64,000 nt of DNA from Eledone cirrhosa (GCA_964016885.1 OZ024753.1:33418001-33482000), one strand, 5' to 3'. Shown: positions 1 through 11,791, numbered from the stretch's first letter. Notes: generated from the sequence alone by a model not told the origin. Translations and numbers: made by a program.

Positions 1-130
1 TATATATAAACAACTATCTGGTTGTGGAACTAACCAACCAACCAGAAATTTATGGGTTTGTAAATTTGTAAATTTATAAATTTATAAATATATAATAAAT
101 TGAAGTGAAAGCAACTGGTGCGTGTGTTTC

Positions 131-370
131 TTATTGGCAACATGACCCTCCCAAAGTATAACAATATCGGTTTCAACACACGATTTCAGATAAAGAATCT
201 TGCTAAACAAATTCAGAAACGAAATATATCATTATCATTTAACATCTAATGTTCTATGCTTGTATGTGTTAGAAACACTTCATTTTTGAATTTGTTTCGC
301 AAGATTCTTATCTGAAAATGTATGTTGAAACAGATATTGTTCTACTTTGGGAGAGTCATACTACCAATAA
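131..370. mobile_element. Fold-back (inverted repeat) element, probable Penelope-like pLTR remnant
   Basis: Arms ~131-222 and ~279-370 are reverse complements (ttattggcaacatgaccctcccaaagta... / ...tactttgggagagtcatactaccaataa). Degenerate CTGAAAA...GAAAC in the right arm; a SINE/RTE-tail-like piece fills the loop; 95-162 is partly duplicated at 417-483. Confidence 0.5.
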
Positions 371-710
371 CAACAAAATAGCCATTCGATTATTAAACTA
401 ACTGGCAGGGTGTTTATAATAAATTGAAGTGAAAATCCAACAGATGTGTGTTTTTATAGGCAGCATGGCCCTCAAAGTATAATATATATATATACATACA
501 TACAAACGTTCCATAGCTAAGGGGCTTTTGGGGAAACTTGTTGAATAATCTAACAGTTTTGTTAGTTATTGACTCTAAATATGTTAATATAATCATGTTT
601 TTAATTTCTTTCTTAGTCTTGTAATGGTGGTGAAAAAGCGCGAGTTAATAATAATATACATGAACAGTATATATAGTTAAGCTTCTTCAATCTGAAACTG
701 CTAAGACAGG

Positions 711-763
<53 letters not shown>

Positions 764-766
<3 letters not shown>

Positions 767-960
767 GAAGGAGTTGTGGTAAGGAATCAGATGGACCATA
801 ACGCACCAAAGTACTCAATACTTAGGGTAGTAGAGTGGGTAATAGGAAAATGTATGACCTCGACGGCAGAGCTCAAGCCGTTTCGACGGCTATTTCTGGA
901 TATAGTCCAGAAATAGCCGTTGAAACGGCTTGAGCTCTGCTGTCAGGGTCATACATTTTC
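764..960 (-). mobile_element. Fold-back element family H1 (Penelope-like 3' end), copy 1
   Basis: 55-bp arms 846-900/906-960 plus an ~80-bp unique tail abutting (TA)n; GAAACGGC...GCCGTC half-hammerhead; homologous to copies at 6818, 26817, 36836, 63015. Confidence 0.65.
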
Positions 961-976
961 ACATATACAGGGATGT

Positions 977-1133
977 ATCATGAGATGATATTTGCGTTCT
1001 CATCAGATAAAATAGGGAGACATATGAAGCTTAAAAAACACTTGCGAGCAGTGAAGTGTTAAATCAACATCTGATGAGAACGCAAATATCATCCCATGAT
1101 GATATTTGTTTTTGAAATGCGCATAATAAAATA
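977..1133 (+). ncRNA. Type I hammerhead-ribozyme-like motif within an inverted repeat
   Basis: CTGATGA (1071-1077), long stem II, GAAA (1114-1117), palindromic stem III TGCGCA, AUA triplet; arms 977-1008/1069-1100. Confidence 0.55.
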
Positions 1134-1857
1134 CATGGAACTCTTTTAACCATCTTTTGGTTTTATATTATTTATACTCCAGTCCTATAAACTGTTGAGT
1201 TCTACTTATCCGATATGTGCATTGCTTTATTGTGCTACAATAAAACTCACCTCTACATATATATGTCTGTGTGTGTGTGTGTGTGTGGTGTGTGTGTGTG
1301 TGTGTGGTGTGTGTGTGTGTGGTGTGTGTGTGTGTGTGTGGTGGTGTGTGTGTGTGTGTGTGTGTGTGTGACAGAGAGAGTAAACGTTTGTTTAAATAAT
1401 TAAATAAATAAAACATTCATTGAACGTAAATGGAGAATGAATTTATGAACATCCTCAGGGCAAGGGGGATAATTTTAGATTAATGGCTCCTTCAATAAAT
1501 GTAACACAAAAGAATGCTATAATCATTAAATATCAATTTGCATAATCAAATACTACACGAAAGACGAAATTAATAGCGCCATTAATTTTCTTTTAAAAAA
1601 ACTGATTATTATAAAGTTAGTTATTTAGAAATGTTTAATGTCAAATTTCAAATAAATCAAAGTTTAGAGGTGAATTGATCCATTATTTTATGATCGTTTC
1701 AAAGGGAAAAATAAAGATATTATCAATATTTTGACTAATCAATAGCAGTTATGCAACTCCATGGTATCAGCTTTGATAAAATACATTAATTCTGCAATGG
1801 GAGTTATAAATCATACCTGAAGTGTGTAGAATATTAATGTGTGTGTGTGTGTGTGTG

Positions 1858-2045
1858 TAGGCATAAGAGGGATCAGATGCAGTGTGCAGGAAAGGAGACT
1901 GCAATGGACATGTGATGCATATGAAAAGGTGCAGGGCACTCAAAGTCGATGGAAGTTACTGAATAAGAAGACCTAGGAAGGCTTGGGAAAAGTGATAAAA
2001 GCTGACTATGCACAATTGCACCTTTCAAAAGCAAAGACACATAAT
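1858..2045 (+). mobile_element. Degraded RTE LINE 3' ORF fragment
   Basis: Reads GIRGIRCSVQERRLQ..GHVM..RPRKAW, similar to the intact RTE C-termini in this window. Confidence 0.6.
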
Positions 2046-2157
2046 CAAGATCTCTGGTATTATACAGTAATGCAGAAGACATGCCTTCCCATCTGCACGG
2101 AATGAAATATACATCTAGTATGCATCACTTTCCATTGCCATACACCTGCCACATATA

Positions 2158-2488
2158 CAGTTGTCCTCCAGTACTTGGAGGAGGGATTACGTTCCGAGAG
2201 CAGCTGCGAAGAGTGATAAGCCTCGAATATTGGACGTGGTCCATAAAAATGCCTATAAACATCAAAACATAACATAAAATATAGGCCAGCAAATACGGTA
2301 TATTGTTATTAATAATTTAGTGTTAAAAGCATGAAAAAATATATATTGCCATGAAAAAAGCCATTAAATAAATCACTGAAGATATTTACGATTTTGTGAA
2401 TATGTGGTAGTTTTCATGAACAATTAGTAATTAGGTTCTAAGGAAAATTCCGCGAATAACTGGGACCACAAATGTCAGGGATACACTG
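2158..2488. mobile_element. Possible Tigger/pogo-type MITE remnant
   Basis: TA|CAGTTGTCCT... start and ...AGGGATACACTG|TA end: imperfect CAG-initiated TIRs with TA target duplication. Confidence 0.45.
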
Positions 2489-2615
2489 TATATCCTAATG
2501 TTAAAATTGCTGTGTATGCAACACATCAATCAGTGAATTAGATTTAAGCACTCGGCATCAAATGTATTCTTTGAAATACAATTTGTTTGTCCATGCTGAA
2601 GTATATGTACAATAA

Positions 2616-2796
2616 TTGTTTCTACATTTGGCACAAGGCCAGCAATTACCCAGTGCATTACTGGTACTTTATTTTATCGACCCCGTAAGGATGAAAGGCA
2701 AAGTTGACCTCGGCAGGAATTGAACTCAGACTGTAAAGGGCCGTAACTATGCTGCAAAGCATGGCGTCCGACCTTCTACCGATACTGCCAATCCAC
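2616..2796 (-). mobile_element. tRNA-derived Nin/Deu-domain SINE (family S2)
   Basis: B-box gagttcaattcc; core gcctttcatccttacggggtcgataaaataaagtaccag; 13-bp TSD atatgtacaataa at 2603-2615 and 2797-2809. Confidence 0.85.
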
Positions 2797-3272
2797 ATAT
2801 GTACAATAAGGATAATTGTGAAGGTCAGATGTAGATAAAGGAATTCCTAATTCCTTTATTTATAATCAGCCATGATACATATTTCTGTGGTGTTCATGGT
2901 TATGTGACGCTGTGATCACACAACCACCAATGCAAATTCATTAGATAACATCTTAGGTAATAAGGTTGTTATGTTGCTAATGCAATACAATCTATGTACA
3001 AGGGAATGGAAAAGTTTGATGTGTATATATATATGAATGTATGTATAGTGTATTTGATAATATACTGTATGTTTATTTAAAAACCTTTTGAAGACCATAC
3101 GATGTAGTCACTACTTTAAAATTCATAGCGAATGGTCTTCAAAATGTTTTAAAATAAACACACTGTGTATTATCAAATAAACTATGTGTACATTCATATA
3201 TATATATATATATATATTTCTATTTCAGAGTACCAATACTAATTACACATATATATATATATATGTATATAT

Positions 3273-3317
<45 letters not shown>

Positions 3318-3447
3318 CGTCATACTAATAAAGAATCTTTATATTCCTTTATTTATACATATATATATATTATATGTGTATTTGTGTGTACAAATGTGTG
3401 TATATATATTTATAGAGAGAGATATATGTGTGTATATATATATATAT

Positions 3448-3772
3448 GGATGCACATGGCTTAGTGGTTAGAGCATTGGCCTTGCAACCGAAAGGTTGTT
3501 AGTTTAATTATCAGACCGAGTGATGTGTTGATTCCTTGAGCAAGACACTTTATTTCACATTGCTCCAGTTTACTCAGCTGTAGAAATGAGATGATAGGGA
3601 CTTGGGTCCATATCATTCCACTGCAAAGTGGTCGTGCAGGTGCCACGGCAAAAAAGCACTCAGCACTCACTGTAAATTAGGTTGGTGTTAGGAAGGGCAT
3701 CCAGCTGTAGAAATCAAGCCAGAATCAGTTCCCGTCCCACCCTTGCAAGCAAGGAAAAAGCGGACGTAAAAT
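3448..3772 (+). mobile_element. tRNA-derived SINE with RTE-type 3' tail (family S1)
   Basis: A-box tggcttagtgg, tRNA-like head, ccttgagcaagacac core, ttaggaagggcatccagctgtaga motif, and a tail matching the RTE end at 50887-50946. Confidence 0.85.
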
Positions 3773-3813
3773 GAAATGAAAAAATGAATGAAAATATATA
3801 TTTTATTATAGAT

Positions 3814-3898
3814 GAGATTCTACAGGACTAGAACTGTTTCATTCTTTAGAAATCATCAGGAATCTGTGGTTACCTCCGATTCAACCCGAAATAACTTT
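3814..3898 (-). ncRNA. Hammerhead-like motif (family H2 fragment)
   Basis: Reverse complement reads AGATTC-CTGATGA-tTTCtaaaGAAt-GAAA-CAG ttctagtc CTG-TA-GAATCT. Confidence 0.6.
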
Positions 3899-4132
3899 CA
3901 TATATATATGTATATATATAGGTATGTAAAATCAAGGGAGTGTAAATACAGAAAAAATCCTAAAAAATAATAAATAAATTCTAAAAAATTCAATGTACTT
4001 ACTATATGTGCCCTTACCGCGGTTTCAGATCCCAAATGAATACATAATCCAAGTGGATTTCCATTGAGAAAGAGATCACTCCCGTGATATATATATATAT
4101 ATATGTATGTATATGTATGAGTGTGGATAAAC

Positions 4133-4162
<30 letters not shown>

Positions 4163-4163
<1 letters not shown>

Positions 4164-4659
4164 GTTTTAATATAGAAGAGATTCTACAGGACTAGAACTG
4201 TTTCATTCTTTAGAAATCATCAGGAATCTGCGTATCAAAAAATAAATATGGTATTTATAGGTCTCTTCAGGTTGAAGGAGAGGGTGGGGAGAGGGTGGGG
4301 AGTGGGATGGGTAGAGGTCATTGGTTGATAGAAAAGGGAATTCATTAAAAGCTAATTCTTTAAAGCTATAAAGCCTTTGTTACTCTAAATATAAATTATA
4401 GCTTTAAAGAATTAGCTTTTAATGAATTCCCTTTTCTATCAACCAATGACCTCTACCCATCCCACTCCCCACCCTCCCCTACCACCTGAAGAGACCTATA
4501 AATACCATATTTATTTTTTGATACCTAGATTCCTGATGATTTCTAAAGAATGAAACAGTTCTAGTCCAGTAGAATCTCTTCTATATTAAAACTTTTATAC
4601 TCTGCTATGTATTGAGTACCTTACTTACTGTGGTTACCTCCGATTCAACACGGAATAAC

Positions 4660-4660
<1 letters not shown>
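4163..4660 (+). mobile_element. Fold-back element family H2: Penelope-like pLTR with inverted 5' copy and two hammerhead motifs
   Basis: ~200-bp arms 4163-4370/4395-4593, unique tail to 4660, (TA)n on both sides; hammerhead cores at ~4178-4230 (-) and ~4527-4577 (+). Confidence 0.7.
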
Positions 4661-4703
<43 letters not shown>

Positions 4704-5329
4704 TCAAGAATGGTTTTCTTGCTATTTTGATGAACACAAAAAACTTTAATGTTTATCACTTAGTAAACAATTATAAAGAATTAATTTTTTTTTTTCACAA
4801 TATTGAAAATGTTTTTTATTAATAAAATTTTTTCATAATTTCTATAATTTTGTATTTCAATTCTTTTAATTTAGTGTTTATTTAATTTGAAAACTTTTCT
4901 GCTGCTTTCCCAAAATTCAACAAATTTTATATTTTTAAACAAAATATTTTTTTCTTCAGAATTCCTAAATTTCTACTTTTGCACACTAGCATTTAATATT
5001 ATTTTGTGCAGCAGCACCAACAGTAGTATCTATTAGTATTTTGTATAGTAGTAGTAGTCTTTATTTTTATTTATTTTACCTTCTGTTGTCTTTCTTCCTG
5101 TTTTCTTAATGAGTAGAGTAAAAAAAATAGTTTTTCAATTTTATTTTTAATACTACGCACTGTCTTTTTTTTTTTATCAATATAGTTATTATTATTGATG
5201 TTGTCTTACTGTATACAAATTTCCTTAAAACTTTCCCTCATGTCTGTTTTATTTATTTATTAGAAAAACATTTTTTTTTTTATTTTCAAACTGTTGAAAC
5301 ATGACTTCTGTATCTAATTAGCAATTCCA

Positions 5330-5365
<36 letters not shown>

Positions 5366-5893
5366 TACACACACATACACACACAAATACATACATATAC
5401 AAATATAGATATATATTTTGTATAATATATATATATATATATGTATGTATATACGTCCTATTTTTTTAATACCAGTTTCTCCATTATCTTATATTTATGC
5501 TTTTTTTCCTTCTTTTGGAGAATTTACAAAGAAACACACACACACAGACACACACATTAACAAAGAGAAAAATGAAAACCAGTAAAGATAAAACAAACGA
5601 AAAACAGCCCAGAGTGAAGTAACACTACTTTAGAATATTCTAGACATAAAAATAATAAAACTGAACTTTAAAAATATATTAGTGGTTCATTTTCTAAAAG
5701 AAAAGTGATTATTAGCTGCTGTTTCTTCAGTTTTATGGATACTTTTGTTGTTGTTTCAGGTAAATATGTTATAAAATACATTCTTGAAAATTTTATTGTT
5801 TCTAAAAAACTGACTTAATTCCAGTCACATACACTCATGGCGATAACTTCAATCAAGTTATTGTTATCATTATTATTATCATTATTATTATTA

Positions 5894-6082
5894 GGGCGTT
5901 GAATTGACAGTATCGGTAGAGGGTTGGACGCCATGCTTTCTAGCATAGTTACGTCCCTTTACAGTCTGAGTTCAAATCCCGCCGAAGTTAACTTTACCTT
6001 TCATCCTTACGGGGTCGATAAAATAAAGTACCAGTAATACACTGGGTAATTGCTGGCCTTGTGCCTAAAGTAGAAACAATTA
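5894..6082 (+). mobile_element. SINE family S2
   Basis: Full-length match to 2616-2796. Confidence 0.85.
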
Positions 6083-6174
6083 TAGCCTCAAGCCAACCAA
6101 TGACATGCGAGTAAAATTTGGTAGATGAAAACTGTAAGAAGGCAGTTGTGTGTGTACATATGTATGTATATGTA

Positions 6175-6784
6175 TGTCAGGTCACCAGTTGGTGCTACTG
6201 GTAACATGTATCCCAGTACAACCTGTCCCATGGTCGGGTCGTTGGCGACTAAACTGGCAACCCCACCAAGGTTTCTTGGTGAGGAGGGTGACTTTGGACA
6301 TCCTGCAGGTCTAAAAACAAAACCTGTCAAAGGGCAAAGGAGCTGTTAAGAGTCAATGGCCATCCAAAATCACCGGGAGAGATGACCCCTTAGCCTTTGT
6401 CAAGGCAGAATTCTAGGAGAAGGAAAAATCTGATATAACACCTGCAGCCCAATGCAAATCCAATGATGTTGACTTGTTCTTCTTTTTGGTAAATATCATC
6501 TTGGTTAAGAGAGTGGGACTGGCTTTGTGCAGTGCCTTTGCTCACTATAAAAGCTTCACGGCACATGCATTGCTTTATATCTGGAGATCTCTCTGCACTT
6601 GTCATCACATGGTACCATGGGCCCAGCACTATGTGTCAGTAATTGTCACAAGTGTAGTGTTTGTACCAGAGTTTTCAAGTCGCTGGCTGGACTAAAAAGT
6701 CATACTTGTTTAGCGCATCAGTAGAAGTTCTCCTACATGGATATAAAGTAGTGGCCGTACTTGAAAACAAGTTGGCAGCCACCA
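6175..6784 (+). mobile_element. Non-coding ~610-bp interspersed element (family X), copy 1
   Basis: Highly similar copies at 26093-26679 (+) and 32551-32959 (-, 5'-truncated). Contains ctaggagaaggaaaa(a)tctga, a motif typical of RTE 5' UTRs; flanked by TA/TACA microsatellite. Confidence 0.8.
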
Positions 6785-6817
6785 TATGTATGTATGTATA
6801 TATATATATATATATTT

Positions 6818-7014
6818 AACGAAGCAAGAGTGGTAAGGAACCAGATGGACCATAATGCACCAGAGTACTCAATACTTAGGGTAGTAGAGTGGGTAATAGG
6901 AACATGTTTGACCCCGACGGCAGAGCTCATGCCGTTTCGATGGCTATTTCGGGATTCCAGAAATAGCCGTTGAAACGGCTTGAGCTCTGCCGTCGGGGTC
7001 AAACATTTTCCTAT
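6818..7014 (-). mobile_element. Fold-back family H1, copy 2
   Basis: Arms ~6896-6954/6956-7014; tail homologous to 764-845. Confidence 0.7.
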
Positions 7015-7219
7015 ATATATATATATATATACACACATACACACACATTTATATATGTATATATATACACACATACATATTTATATAAATATAATCATCA
7101 TCATCACCGTTTAAAGTCCATTTTCCATGCGAGCATGGGTTAGATAGGTTGTCCTGGCCTGAAATACTAACCTCCGTTTCAGCGGGGAAAATAGCCTTAA
7201 AACACATGTTATTGTAAAC

Positions 7220-7445
7220 GGCAGTGGATTGGCAGTATTGAGAAAACATTGGACAACCTGCTTTGCAGCATAAAGTTACATCCCTTTATTTTCTGAGTTC
7301 AAATGCCTTCAAGGTTTGCTTTGCTTTCATCCTTATGGGGGTCGATAAATTCAAGTACCAGTAACACACTGGAGTCGATTTAATCAACTTTTCCTCCCCC
7401 CCCCCCCCAAATGCTTGCCTTGTGCCTAAATCAGAAAATGTTATT
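7220..7445 (+). mobile_element. SINE family S2 variant (longer 3' part)
   Basis: ggattggcagtat head, gagttcaaat B-box, ctttcatccttatgggggtcgataaa core. Confidence 0.7.
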
Positions 7446-7744
7446 GTAATTGTTATAGTATTATCTAGTAACAGATATGTGGAATATGGAGGAAGAAATG
7501 AAAATAAAAGGGTTGCTGAGGTGGATACAGATACGGCAAAATGGAGAAAGAAGCTTATCACAGTACTGCAAGATTAACCTGTGCTTTTGCATAGAAAATG
7601 ACCTGGAAATGCTTGTTGTTACTGATCCCAAATGTAACCAAACATGACAAGAGCAGAACTTAACATTAACAGCTTTAAGAACATGGTTCTGCCAACTTTG
7701 CAATATTCCTTCACACATTAATATATTCAATGATTATCTGTAAT

Positions 7745-8095
7745 GCTGCATGTGTGTAAACATGTGTGTTGTTTGTGTGTATGTGTGTATGTAGTGATTG
7801 TGTGTGTGTGTATGTGTGTATGTAGTGATTGTGTGTGTGTGAGTATGCATGTAGTGATGTGTGTGTGTGTGTGTGTGCATGTGTGCATGCATGTGTGTTG
7901 GGTATGTACGTATGTAGTGAATGCATGTGTGCTGTGTGTGTATGTATGTAGTGGCATTGTGTGTGTATGTATGAAGTGATATGGTGTGTATGAGTATGTA
8001 TGTATGTATGTGGTGATGTGTGTATGAGTGTGTATGTATGTAGTGATGTGTGTATGAGTATGTATGTAGTGATGTGTGTATGTATGTGTGTGCAG
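7745..8095. repeat. GT-rich compound micro/minisatellite
   Basis: Recurrent gtatgtagtgat(gt)n units. Confidence 0.85.
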
Positions 8096-8259
8096 TTTAA
8101 TCAGCATAACTTCATTATTATGAAGTTTGTTCAACATTTTAAATCCATTTGGACAGGGAAACTCATTTTCATAACAGAAGAGGATTTTGATATTAAATTA
8201 TAGAAGCAGTAATACTCCAGAGGCTACTTTGGTAATGTCCAAAAATTCAGGAAACTACC

Positions 8260-8595
8260 ATACTCTCTCTCATTTTCTTCCCAGGCTTTCTCCATTTCAC
8301 TTCTACCCTATCCCCACCCTCTCTCTATACCAACTTCTTGCCCTCTTTCTCTCCTTATCTCTTTCTTTTTCCCTCAATTCCTCTTTCTCTAATATTACTC
8401 TCTCTTTCTTGCTTGCTTTTTCTCTCTCATTTCTTTATCTCGGTTGCTTGCTTTTGTTCTACCTCCTCTTTTTCTTTGACTTTCTCTTCTCTCCCTCCCT
8501 CTCTTTCTCAACTCTCTTGCTCTTCATTTTCTCTTTCTCTCTCTCACTTGTCTGCTCTAACTACCTGTTCTTCCCCATCTCTCTCTCAATTTATA

Positions 8596-8640
<45 letters not shown>

Positions 8641-8790
8641 CTCCGTCCCTGCTCTTCCTCTCTCCAGTTATCTCTAGCTGCTCTCTCTATCTCTCTCTTC
8701 CTCGGTATTTCTCCCTCCCTGTTCTCTCCATTTTTCCCTCCCTAACTGACAGTGCCTGCCTCTCACTAGTTATCTCACTACTATCATCAT
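8260..8790. repeat. Pyrimidine-rich (CT) low-complexity tract with internal (TA)n
   Basis: Direct inspection. Confidence 0.8.
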
Positions 8791-9099
8791 CTTTGATCTC
8801 ATGATTAATATCCTGTCAACTTACATTGCTGTATTACACCAGATCTCTGCAAAGAGATAACACTCTCCAAGAAAGAAAAAAAAACAACAGCAAATTTAAA
8901 AACAAAAAACTAAACAACAAAATAACCAAACAAACAAACATTTCCTGAATGTTCTCTCAAGAATGTCTTGGAATTCAACACTGGGAAATTTACAAGTGAC
9001 TTTGTCAAAAATGTCATGTTTGAATAATTTTCTGTGCTTGTGTGCATGTAGAGACAGAGTCTTGTGAATGTTTTTACACATTGTAATTTGAGGGATATT

Positions 9100-9475
9100 T
9101 GACTACCATGAACATACACACAGTATGTGTGTAAATTCCCAACTGTGAAAATATGCACACACACTTTAAAATCATCCCTGTGAAGATCTATACACACAGA
9201 CTCACAATGTGTAAAATCATACAGTGTGAAATCATAACTGGGAAAATTTACACACACTGTGTAAAATCGTAATTAAGAATATTTACACATGCACACTCAT
9301 ACATACAAAATGTGTAAAAATCATTACTAGGAAGATTTACACACACACACACACAGTATAAAATCATTACTAGGAAGATTTACACACACACACACACACA
9401 CACTGTATAAAATCATTACTAAGAAAATTTATGCATACACACACATGCATCTCCACATGCCATATGTAAAACCAT
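9100..9475. repeat. Degenerate tandem repeat (tgtaaaatcattactaggaagattta(ca)n)
   Basis: Roughly 8 imperfect copies. Confidence 0.7.
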
Positions 9476-10304
9476 TGCATTCAATTACTATTTCACTCGC
9501 TGTTAGATGTAATTCTTTTCAAGATAATGGCACAAAATGATTCTCAAATCTGAACATTGAAGTTGTGTTTGGATTTCATCCAAAATCTTTAGCAACTTGT
9601 AAATATTGGGTTTCCTCGCCAGTGCACAAATTCACAATATTTTTCTTTTCTCTCCCTTTTTTTTTTCCTGTTATTTAAAATTGTTAACTAAATTATTAGG
9701 GCTTTGATGTTAAACTGTCTAAAAATCACCCCTGGCTTCATGATAGAAACTATTGGTTTTAAACTGTTATATTTATCTAAATTCTTTCCACCATAATTTT
9801 ATGTAACACTGTTAAGATATGTTCCAAATATCAGCTTGATAATTATATTACAAAATATCTCAAAATTCTTGATTGGTTTCAGAATGATTTTCCTTAGAAA
9901 TATGATAGCCAAAGGGTCAAATTATTACCATTTTTTGATACCAAACCACCTGAAACCATATTTGCTTCTATGATATAAAACTGTTTGATTTTAAGTGTTT
10001 ATATTTAAAAACCTTCCATAATAATTTCATGTAAGAAAATTTATTAAGTTAAGTTCCAAACATTATCTTTAAAAAGTGAGAAAGTTTGTTATATTACTAA
10101 ATCCCTTTAAATTCTTTATTATTTTCAAAATTATATGAAAATCATAGGCAGTGTCTTTTTATCAGAAATGAGATAATGAAAGGGTTAATCGTGTAGCAGC
10201 AAATAGGATTGAAAGACGTGAAAAATAGAATTTCACACACATGCCAACCCTTGCTAGAAGGGAAAATTTATATTAAACGATAATGATAGTGATAGTACTG
10301 GTTC

Positions 10305-10700
10305 ATTCCTTACTCTCTGTGGATAAGTAGATGATTGAACTTAACCTCTTCTATTTTTATCTTATTTATAGCTTGATCTCCCTCCCAACAACTCATTCTC
10401 CTTCTGCCGCACACGTCTACCTTTATTACAGTTGGAAATAGAGATGATTTTATGTAGCAGTGGGAAATATTTTTCTTTACTTTTAAGAGGAAAGGCAGCA
10501 AATTGGCATGCACACAATTGACATTCTGATCTGGCCAAAAGATTCCTTTCTGCATATGCTGCAGTGAAAGAAAGAGAAGGCCATACTCACACAACACACG
10601 TGAAAGTTGTTTAGATCAAGTAATGTCTGTGCTTGAATCTGTTTTAAGTGAAGAAAGTCCTTGCACTGCACCAAGCTTACTCTCTCAACTACAATGACAA
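10305..10700 (-). mobile_element. Highly degraded RTE LINE 3' fragment
   Basis: Translation LLKVKK..HCYIKSSLFPTVIKVDVCGRRR..CWEGD resembles the RTE C-terminus (GH..R..SL.KTIL.G.V.G.RR...W). Confidence 0.4.
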
Positions 10701-11588
10701 GTATCCAAAAAGAAGAATAGGTTAACATCATTGGCTGCGATTGAGTCATAGGTTTTACATCAGAGCTTTCCTTCTCATAGAATAATGTCCTAACTAGAAC
10801 TTGGGGTCTCTCACTCTTGGTGAGTTAACTGTGCTTGGACACCTAACCAAGTATTTCCATGTCCCCATGCATACATACAATCATATATACAATCATATAT
10901 ACATACATACATGTGTGTATGTGACTCATACACATAGTTGCTACTTTCAAGAGTTACAATAAAATGACTTCTAAACTACACATTTTTTTTACTTCTTATT
11001 TTAAAGTAAAAAACAACAAAAACAAACAAAACAGAAACAAACGTACATTTTCCCACGCAGTCTTAAAATATTTTGTTTATTTCTTTACATTTTGAACATA
11101 ATAAATCCTAATCAGTAACTGAATTCACACAAACTTTATGTCAGATATCACTATTATATCATTTATAACAATTATTATTTTATTTGAGAATTCCTTGGTA
11201 TTCAATCTCTGGGTAATATCATTTGTACATACATTCATTCACTAAATCTCTTCCTGTTCTAAAGTTTACACTATAACAATTCTTAAAAACAATGCTACAC
11301 ATTGCCAATATAGTCATATCATGTAATTTTATACAATTTTCATATTGTTTGTTATTCAATCTTTCACTAATATTATTTGTATACTAGTGGACTGGTGTCG
11401 TCAATAAAGATGGCAGAGCATTGAAAATATTAAATATTTTCTGTCCAGGATGATATGCCGCATATAACATTAGCAAGTATATGGAGCATTATACAAACTG
11501 AGAAATTTGCTTTGAGAAATGAATGGTGTGTATAAGAGAAACCCTATAGTTTATGTTGATTATCAACATATGATAGTTATTAATAAGA

Positions 11589-11619
<31 letters not shown>

Positions 11620-11622
<3 letters not shown>

Positions 11623-11791
11623 GAGTTGAGAAAGAAACTGGGTATAAGAGGGATAAGTTGTGGTGTGCAGGAGAGAAGGCTGAGATGGTATGGACATGTG
11701 ATGCGCATGGAGGATGACCGCTGGGTAAAGAAGTGCTAAGAAATCCCAGTAGAAGGAAGACGCAGTAGAGGTAGACCACGAAAAACATGGG
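11620..11791 (+). mobile_element. RTE family B internal fragment
   Basis: LRKKLGIRGISCGVQERRLRWYGHVMRMEDDRWVKKC; between (TA)n tracts. Confidence 0.8.

Noticed and set aside
505-600. Penelope ORF linker-like peptide (IILTYLESITNKTVRLFNKF)
   Set aside because: Too short and AT-rich to support without a search.
3448-3520. tRNA gene
   Set aside because: A/B boxes belong to a SINE head; no complete acceptor stem; continues into the SINE body.
6175-6300. Canonical HDV or twister ribozyme call
   Set aside because: Could not place P1 for the HDV topology or the UAA/P2 element for twister; kept only as a candidate structured RNA.
6390-6695. Conserved 73-80-aa ORFs in all three element X copies
   Set aside because: Conservation is explained by recent copying; ORFs overlap on both strands with no recognisable domain.
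8187-8804. 205-aa hydrophobic membrane-protein-like ORF
   Set aside because: CT-rich low complexity with embedded (TA)n.
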